DNA from: Candidatus Methylomirabilis sp.
GTDB taxonomy: Bacteria > Methylomirabilota > Methylomirabilia > Methylomirabilales > Methylomirabilaceae
Direction: 5' to 3'
Length of the DNA: 13,834 nucleotides
NCBI GenBank assembly: GCA_041498975.1
Contig: JBGQJI010000060.1
Span: 1 to 13,834, forward strand
Shown: one piece after another, positions 7,937-13,834 of the stretch
Numbering within the stretch: position 1 is the first letter of the stretch
How the letters are laid out: each line of letters begins with the position of its first letter
The notes under the pieces: model-generated
What the model saw: only the letters and a program-made list of their open reading frames with translations
What the model was told of the DNA's origin: nothing
Database searches by the model: none
Translations under genes and position numbers: made by a program

Positions 7937-9226
7937 TTAGCGGCGCTTCTCGATCGGCACGACGTCGCGCACGCCGTATCCGATGTAAACCTGCCGAGGC
8001 CTGGCGATCTTCTGCTCCGGATCCAGGAGCATTTCCTCCCACTGCGCCATCCAGCCCGACGTCCGCGGGATGGCGAACAGCACCGGGAAGATATCCACCG
8101 GGAAGCCCATGGCCTGGTAAATGATCCCGGAATAGAAATCGACGTTCGGGTAGAGCTTTCGCTTGACGAAGTAGTCGTCCTGCAGCGCGATCCGCTCCAG
8201 TTCAACGGCCATATCGAGCTTCGGGTTCATCCCCGTCACCGCGAAGACCTCCTCGGCCAGCTTCTTGATGATCCTCGCTCGAGGGTCGTAGTTCTTGTAG
8301 ACTCGATGGCCGAATCCCATGAGCTTCCCTTCTCCGGCTTTCACCTTCTTGATGAACTCAGGGATGCGATCCTTTGAGCCGATCTCGTCCAGCATGCGGA
8401 GGACCGCCTCGTTCGCGCCTCCGTGCAGGGGGCCATAGAGGGCCGCCGTCGCGGCCGCCACGGCCGAGTAGGGATCAACCTGTGAGCTCCCGACACTCCT
8501 CATGGCGTTGGCGCTGCAGTTCTGCTCATGATCCACATGGAGGATGAACAGGACATCCAGCGCCCTCTCCAGGACCGGATTGGGCTGGTACTTCAACTCG
8601 GCCATCTTGAAGAGCATGCTGAGGAAGTTTCCGGTGTAGCTCAGTTCGTTGTCGGGGTAGACATACGGCAGCCCAAGGCTGTGCCGGTAGGCGAAGGCAG
8701 CAATCGTCGGCATCTTGGCGACCAGCCGTTGGATCTGCTTCTTGCGGGACTCCGGGTCCAGGACCCGCTTGGCATCGGGGTAGAAGGTGGACAATGCGCC
8801 GACGGTCCCGACAAGGATCCCCATCGGGTGGGCATCGTACCGGAAGCCATCCATGAACGTCTTGATGCTCTCGTGAATCATCGTATGGTGCGTGATATTC
8901 CAGACCCAGTCATCGAGCTGGACCCTGGTCGGCAGCTCCCCGTGCAGGATCAGGTAGGCGACCTCGAGGTAGCTGCATCGCTCGGCGAGCTGCTCGATTG
9001 GATAGCCCCGGTAGCGCAAGATCCCCTTGTCCCCGTCGATGAAGGTGACCTTGCTTCTGCACGACGCCGTGTTCATGAACGCCGGGTCATAGCTCATCAT
9101 CCCGAATTCGTCATCCGTGACCTTGATCTGCCGCAGGTCCATGGCCCGGATGTTTCCACTCTGAATTGGGATCTCGTAACTCTTCCCGGTCCGGTTATCG
9201 GTGATGGTCAACGTCTCTTTGCTCAT
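7937..9226 (-). CDS. gltA: Citrate synthase
   Basis: YDPAFMNTASC.S..TFIDGDKGILRYRGY, DHEQN, GPLHGGANE, MGFGHRVYK, and YPNVDFYSG. ATG 9226 has an AAAGGAG RBS. The ORF-track extension to 9340 is not believed. Confidence 0.96.
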   Translation of the reverse strand: MSKETLTITDNRTGKSYEIPIQSGNIRAMDLRQIKVTDDEFGMMSYDPAFMNTASCRSKVTFIDGDKGILRYRGYPIEQLAERCSYLEVAYLILHGELPTRVQLDDWVWNITHHTMIHESIKTFMDGFRYDAHPMGILVGTVGALSTFYPDAKRVLDPESRKKQIQRLVAKMPTIAAFAYRHSLGLPYVYPDNELSYTGNFLSMLFKMAELKYQPNPVLERALDVLFILHVDHEQNCSANAMRSVGSSQVDPYSAVAAATAALYGPLHGGANEAVLRMLDEIGSKDRIPEFIKKVKAGEGKLMGFGHRVYKNYDPRARIIKKLAEEVFAVTGMNPKLDMAVELERIALQDDYFVKRKLYPNVDFYSGIIYQAMGFPVDIFPVLFAIPRTSGWMAQWEEMLLDPEQKIARPRQVYIGYGVRDVVPIEKRR

Positions 9227-9254
9227 TGCGACACTCCTTTCTCTCCCCAACGGC

Positions 9255-9425
9255 TCAGACCGCAGGTGTTGAATGCAATGTGCTTCTACGCGGTGCCGCT
9301 CCATCCTTCGGTCCTCGGGCTTCCTCCCGAGTGTTGGCATATTTCACGGCGGTCCGGGGCCCGGCAGTTTTTCCCTCCTTCCCAATCCTGGACCCCCCAT
9401 TCTCATCCTGTTTGTCCCCCATCAT
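9255..9425 (-). CDS. Possible small hydrophilic protein (55-60 aa), hypothetical
   Basis: GAGGAGAGGT RBS precedes ATGATG (9425/9422). An in-frame ATG at 9437 overlaps the upstream stop (ATGA). No recognisable family. Confidence 0.25.
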   Translation of the reverse strand: MMGDKQDENGGSRIGKEGKTAGPRTAVKYANTREEARGPKDGAAPRRSTLHSTPAV

Positions 9426-9433
9426 ACCTCTCC

Positions 9434-10021
9434 TCATTGTTTTGCTTCCAGCGGTATCTTCACGCTCACCGCGCCCCGGAGATCGGCGACTCGGTACCCT
9501 GTGGCCTTGTCATCGGGGTAGAGCCGCTGCAGCTCCGCTTCCACGTCCGGGGGGATCTCCTGAGGCCCGCCGTGGCAGGCCAAGCAGACCGGGCTGCCCA
9601 TCACGATCGGCTTCATGTAACGGAGGTGCTGTCGGCCCTCCTCGGTAACAACCTCAGCGTGCTCGGTGTCAACCTGAAGCTCACCCTTCGCCTTCAACGC
9701 CGCGAATTCGTCCAGCACCCTGGCCTCATAGGCGTCTGGCGCGTCGGCAGGATTGCGGTACTTCACGCTGACGCGACGAACACGCCATCCCTCCTTCTCG
9801 TGCTGTTTGGCGAGGCCGAGGGCGATCTGAGAGCACTGCTGGAGCGCCCCGGCCGGCCCCCGCGACCTCACCTCAACCTGCATCAGTTCGCGCGTCTCTT
9901 CGATGATCCTCAGCGCCAGCTCCTGGGCGGACCGAAGCGCCGGAAGATCCGCTGCAGCGGCCCACGACACCAGCGTGGCGCCCATCGCGAGACAGGCGAA
10001 CATGATGCGCCTTCCATTCAT
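9434..10021 (-). CDS. Exported c-type heme protein, Tll0287/DUF3365-like
   Basis: Sec-type signal peptide (MNGRRIMFACLAMG...AAAA), ALQQC, RRVS.KYRNP..APD.YE, RYMKPI...VCLACHG, and YPDDKATGY...DLRGAVSV. ATG 10021 has a GGAGGT RBS. Confidence 0.88.
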   Translation of the reverse strand: MNGRRIMFACLAMGATLVSWAAAADLPALRSAQELALRIIEETRELMQVEVRSRGPAGALQQCSQIALGLAKQHEKEGWRVRRVSVKYRNPADAPDAYEARVLDEFAALKAKGELQVDTEHAEVVTEEGRQHLRYMKPIVMGSPVCLACHGGPQEIPPDVEAELQRLYPDDKATGYRVADLRGAVSVKIPLEAKQ

Positions 10022-10170
10022 TCCAACACCTCCCTTTTTCCTTCGAGCGTTTCTACCATGATGCGTGGAGACTCCCGTCATGACGAGCCTGGCGAAGCAT
10101 CCTCAAGCTGTTCGAATGGCAAGGCCGCATTGCGGAACATGCCCTGAGCCATGTGAGGCGCGCCATTCCG

Positions 10171-12873
10171 TCAATGCAGCCGCTCAAGGCGGGCCGCGCA
10201 CACCTTGAACTCCGGGATGAGGGCCACCGGGTCGAGCGCGGGGTTCGTCAAGCGATTGGCCGGCGCCTCGGCGAAATGAAACGTCGTAAAGATCACTCCC
10301 GGCGGCATCCCCTCTTCCACGCGGACTCTTGCGACGATTCTACCACGACGCGTTACGATTGCGGCCATCTGGCCCTCCGACAGACCGTCCCGCTGAGCAT
10401 CGATGCGGCTCACCTCGACAAAGGGTTCAGGTTCGAGAAGGTTCAAGCCCTCCGAGCGGCGAGACATCGTCCCGGTGTGGTATTGAAAGAGGGTCCGACC
10501 GCTGGTCAGAACCAATGGGAAGTCGGCATCGGAAACCTCATCGGGGGGGACCCACTCGACGGGGTGGAAACGGGCCCGACCGCGGGGGAACCGCCGCGTG
10601 TACAGGATCGGCGTCCCCGGATGATCCGAGCGTGGACACGGCCACTGCAGACTTGCGGCCTCAAGCCGGTCATACGAGATCCCGCCGTAGAGCGGGACCA
10701 GTCGCGCGATCTCGGCCATGATCTCGCCCGGATGGGCGTACGACATCGGGTAGCCGAGCCGCCGGCTCAGGGCGCAAGCGATCTGCCAGTCGGCCATCGC
10801 CTGCCCCGGAGGCTCGACCGCCCTCCTGATCCGCTGGACGCGTCGCTCAGTGTTGGTGAAGGTCCCGTCCTTTTCGGCGAAGCTTGCGGCCGGCAAGACG
10901 ACATGCGCCAGTCTCGCCGTCTCGGTCAGGAACAGGTCCTGGACTACCAAGAAGTCAAGGCCGCGGATCACGGACTCGGTCGTCGTCATATCCGGCTCGG
11001 TCAGGAGGGCATTCTCCCCTACCAGATACAGGCCTCGGATTGCCCCCCGTCCCTCCCGGCCGAAGATCTGGGTCAGCATGAGGCCAGGCCGCTTCGGGAT
11101 CGCGCGCCCCCATGCCGACTCGAACTTCGCCCGCACCTGTGCGTCCTCCGGCGACTGGTACCCTGGGAGGGCATTTGGCAGGGCACCCATATCGCAGGCC
11201 CCCTGGACGTTGTTCTGGCCGCGAAGCGGGTTGATACCGGCCCCCGGCTTCCCCAGATTGCCGGTGAGCAGGGCCAGGTTGGCAAGGGCCAGGACGGTTT
11301 GGTGGCCGCTCGTATGCTGGGTCACCCCCATGGTGTAGTAGATCGATGCCGGGCGACGCGTTGCATAAAGCCTGGCGGCCCGGCGCAACAGGTCCGAATC
11401 GATTCCCGCGATAGATGCCGCAACCTCCGGCGGATAGCGCCGAACCGCCTCCTGCATCGCATCGAGCCCCTCGGTCCGCTCCTCTACGAACACCCGATCC
11501 CAGAGCCCTTCCTCCAGGATCACGTAGGCCATCGCGTTGAAGACCGCGAGGTCGGCGCCTGGACGGATCGCCAAGTGAACCGTCGCAAGGCGGGCCAATT
11601 CGATCTGCCTGGGATCGACGACGATGAGTGGCACACCCCGCTCCACGAGACGCTTCATCGGCAGGGCGGCGATCGGGTGTTGCTCCGTGGTGTTTGATCC
11701 GACCACCAGCAACGCCTGGGCCTGCTCCATGTCCCCGAAGCTGTTGGTCGCCCCCGGCCCACCGAGCGCGGCTGCAAGCGCGGTCCCGGTCGGCGCGTGG
11801 CAGAGGCGGGCGCAGTGGTCGATATTGTTCGTGCCGAGGGCCGCCCTGGTCAGCTTCTGAAGCAGAAAGTTCTCCTCGTTCGTGGCTTTGGCTGACGAGA
11901 TGACCGCGATGGCGTCGGCCCCGTGGGAGGACGCGATCTCGCGAAGGCGTTGGGCGGTCAGGTCGAGGGCCTCCTCCCATGAGGCCTCCCGGAAGCCGCT
12001 CCCCTCCCGTATGAGTGGCATTCTGAGGCGCTCTGCGCTGTGGATGAACTGGAAGCCGAACCGCCCCTTCGCGCACAGGCTCCCCTTGTTGGCAGGGCCG
12101 TCGAAATTCGATCCGACCGTGATCACCCGCCCGGCCTGGACGTGCAGGTCGAGCTGGCAGCCGCAGCCGCAATAGGGGCAGATGGTGGTGACCGTCTCCA
12201 CTGCGCCTGCACCTGCCCCCCGGGCGGGAAGCTTCTCGCTCAAGGCGCCCGTCGGGCAGTAGGTTACGCACTCGCCGCAGGAGACGCAGGTCGACCGGCC
12301 CAGCGGCTTGCCATCATCGGCGATCACCAGGCTCTCCTCGCCACGCGCCGCGATCCCCAGGACATGATGACCCTGAATCTCGCCGCAGGCCCGCACACAT
12401 CGCCGGCAGAGAATACATCGATCCATCTCAACCCTGATGAAGGGATGCGAGTCGTCGATGGGAAGGGGTGCCCTTTTTCGCTCGAAGCGGCTACGGGAAA
12501 GATCGTGACGGCGGGCCAGCATGTGCAACTCACAACGCCCGCCCTTCTCATCCGGCGAGCAGTCGTCCGGATGGTCAGCCAGCAAGAGTTCAATCACGAA
12601 TCTCCGAGCTTTGACCGCTTCTTCAGCCTGGGTCTCCACCTCCATCTCTGCGTCGGCTACTGTGGAACAAGCGGCCCTCAGGCCGATCGCTCCGTCCTGT
12701 GCCACCTGGACCAGGCAGACCCGACAGACCGGCGTGGCTGGCAGACGCGAGATGTCACACAGCGTTGGGATGGAGATCCCCGCTGAGCGTGCGGCATCGA
12801 GGAGCGTGGCCCCCTCCTGGACCATTAGATGCTGCCCATCGATCGTCAGTGAAATCGTGGAAGTGCCTTTCAT
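10171..12873 (-). CDS. fdhF: Formate dehydrogenase alpha subunit (Mo/W-bisPGD, Cys ligand) with a NuoG/FdsA-like N-terminal Fe-S module
   Basis: [2Fe-2S] motif IPTLC..CRVC..C, 2x[4Fe-4S] motifs CILCRRCVRAC and CVSCGECVTYCP, CPYCGCGC...C, active site CARLCH, RGQNNVQG, and C-terminal PEFKVCA. No Tat signal. The start is uncertain: ATG 12873, or GTG 12936 with a GGGAGG RBS. Confidence 0.92.
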   Translation of the reverse strand: MKGTSTISLTIDGQHLMVQEGATLLDAARSAGISIPTLCDISRLPATPVCRVCLVQVAQDGAIGLRAACSTVADAEMEVETQAEEAVKARRFVIELLLADHPDDCSPDEKGGRCELHMLARRHDLSRSRFERKRAPLPIDDSHPFIRVEMDRCILCRRCVRACGEIQGHHVLGIAARGEESLVIADDGKPLGRSTCVSCGECVTYCPTGALSEKLPARGAGAGAVETVTTICPYCGCGCQLDLHVQAGRVITVGSNFDGPANKGSLCAKGRFGFQFIHSAERLRMPLIREGSGFREASWEEALDLTAQRLREIASSHGADAIAVISSAKATNEENFLLQKLTRAALGTNNIDHCARLCHAPTGTALAAALGGPGATNSFGDMEQAQALLVVGSNTTEQHPIAALPMKRLVERGVPLIVVDPRQIELARLATVHLAIRPGADLAVFNAMAYVILEEGLWDRVFVEERTEGLDAMQEAVRRYPPEVAASIAGIDSDLLRRAARLYATRRPASIYYTMGVTQHTSGHQTVLALANLALLTGNLGKPGAGINPLRGQNNVQGACDMGALPNALPGYQSPEDAQVRAKFESAWGRAIPKRPGLMLTQIFGREGRGAIRGLYLVGENALLTEPDMTTTESVIRGLDFLVVQDLFLTETARLAHVVLPAASFAEKDGTFTNTERRVQRIRRAVEPPGQAMADWQIACALSRRLGYPMSYAHPGEIMAEIARLVPLYGGISYDRLEAASLQWPCPRSDHPGTPILYTRRFPRGRARFHPVEWVPPDEVSDADFPLVLTSGRTLFQYHTGTMSRRSEGLNLLEPEPFVEVSRIDAQRDGLSEGQMAAIVTRRGRIVARVRVEEGMPPGVIFTTFHFAEAPANRLTNPALDPVALIPEFKVCAARLERLH

Positions 12874-12983
12874 GCCGCGGTTTCTCTCGCGCATCCGGGC
12901 GAAAGAGATCGCTCCGTCAGATGCCCTTGGTGGCACTCGGTCGCCTCCCTTGCCTGCTCCGTACGCACCACAAACCTCAGATC

Positions 12984-13834
12984 TCACCCCTCTCGGAGGG
13001 GAGCCTCCGCAGCAACCATAGCTCTGAGTTCTGCTCCTTCGATCACCTCGCGCTCCAGCAGCAGCTTGGCCAGTCGATGCAGCAGCTCACCTCGCCGACT
13101 CAGCAGATTATTGGCGCGGGCCTCCGCCTCTTGCAGGAACTTCGCCACCTCCTGGTCGATCGTGAGTGCGGTGGCCTCCGCATACTCTTTACTCGGAGTA
13201 AATCCGGGCGGCATGAACAGTGGCCGTCGTTCTCCCTCGAAGGCCACAGGCCCGAGCGCCTCGCTCATCCCGTACTCTTTGACCATTCGCCGAGCGATGT
13301 CCGTCGCGCGGGCCAAGTCGTCCTGTGCGCCGGTGGACACTTCATGGAAGATTAGCTCCTCGGCCACCCTCCCGCCTAACAGCACTGTCAGCCGATCCAA
13401 CAGCTCGGACCGCGTCAGGAGATAGCGATCCTCGGTCGGGAGCTGGAGGGTGTAGCCGAGGGCAGCAATTCCCCGGGGAATGATGGAGATCTTATGCACC
13501 GGATCGGCATGCGGGACTAATTCTGCCACAAGGGCATGCCCTGACTCGTGGTACGCGATGATCTCCTTCTCCTTCTGGCTCATCACCCTCGCCTTCTTTT
13601 CGAGGCCGGCAACAATACGGTCTATGGCCTCCTCCAGGTCTGTCATCTCGACCTGCGCCTTGCCGCGGCGTGCTGCAAGCAGGGCCGCCTCATTGGTGAT
13701 ATTTGCCAGATCTGCACCCACGAAGCCTGGCGTTCTGGAGGCCAACACCTTCAGGTCCACCTCGGGAGAGAGCTTGATCTTTCTGGCGTGCACCTTGAGG
13801 ATCTCCTCCCGCCCCTTGATGTCCGGCCGATCCA
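12984..13834 (-). CDS. ftsH: ATP-dependent zinc metalloprotease FtsH, C-terminal part (5' truncated by the window)
   Basis: DRPDIKGREEILKVH...TPGFVGADLANITNEAALLAAR, zinc motif AYHESGHA, LGGRVAEE, and STGAQDDLARAT. Confidence 0.96.
   Translation of the reverse strand, partial: DRPDIKGREEILKVHARKIKLSPEVDLKVLASRTPGFVGADLANITNEAALLAARRGKAQVEMTDLEEAIDRIVAGLEKKARVMSQKEKEIIAYHESGHALVAELVPHADPVHKISIIPRGIAALGYTLQLPTEDRYLLTRSELLDRLTVLLGGRVAEELIFHEVSTGAQDDLARATDIARRMVKEYGMSEALGPVAFEGERRPLFMPPGFTPSKEYAEATALTIDQEVAKFLQEAEARANNLLSRRGELLHRLAKLLLEREVIEGAELRAMVAAEAPLREG

Noticed and set aside
9270..9385. Glycine- or cobalamin-riboswitch-like fragments (ACCGAAGGA; AGGGAA..CCGG)
   Set aside because: The remaining conserved core motifs (CUCUCAGG; CCCGC.ACUGU) are absent.
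10066..10085. FNR/FixK-like dyad ATGAC-N4-GTCTC and palindrome CGTCATGACG upstream of the heme-protein gene
   Set aside because: Only a partial match to TTGAT-N4-ATCAA, with no supporting promoter or convincing repeat in other spacers.
8528..11697. 539-aa and 514-aa + strand ORFs
   Set aside because: They are antisense to gltA, the heme protein and fdh, with no domain signatures.
11790..11820. Possible selenocysteine/SECIS in FDH
   Set aside because: The active-site codon is TGC (Cys; CARLCH) and there is no in-frame TGA.
12931..12946. Sigma54-like TGGCAC...TCGC on the + strand (similar partial matches at ~10117 and ~7812)
   Set aside because: GG-to-GC spacing is wrong or the -12 element is missing.

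Overview
GC-rich bacterial window. The taxon cannot be determined from the sequence; the gene content is compatible with a diderm such as Methylomirabilota, which is only a guess. The left edge holds the 3' end and right terminal repeat of an IS256-family element. It abuts a near-consensus sigma54 promoter on the minus strand that points into the IS. A sigma70-type promoter then precedes a Kdo hydroxylase (KdoO-like) gene on the + strand. The remaining ~12 kb is one co-oriented minus-strand run: ftsH (partial), an orphan Cys-type formate dehydrogenase alpha subunit, an exported Tll0287/DUF3365-like c-heme protein, a possible sORF, citrate synthase, an MgtA-type Mg2+ P-ATPase, a membrane-anchored cytochrome c, a type IIA (Ca2+-type) P-ATPase and a universal stress protein. 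The mix resembles a low-oxygen/stress island rather than housekeeping operons. Several intergenic spacers carry long stem-loops or possible RBS-sequestering structures. No CRISPR array, tRNA, rRNA or recognisable known riboswitch was seen.
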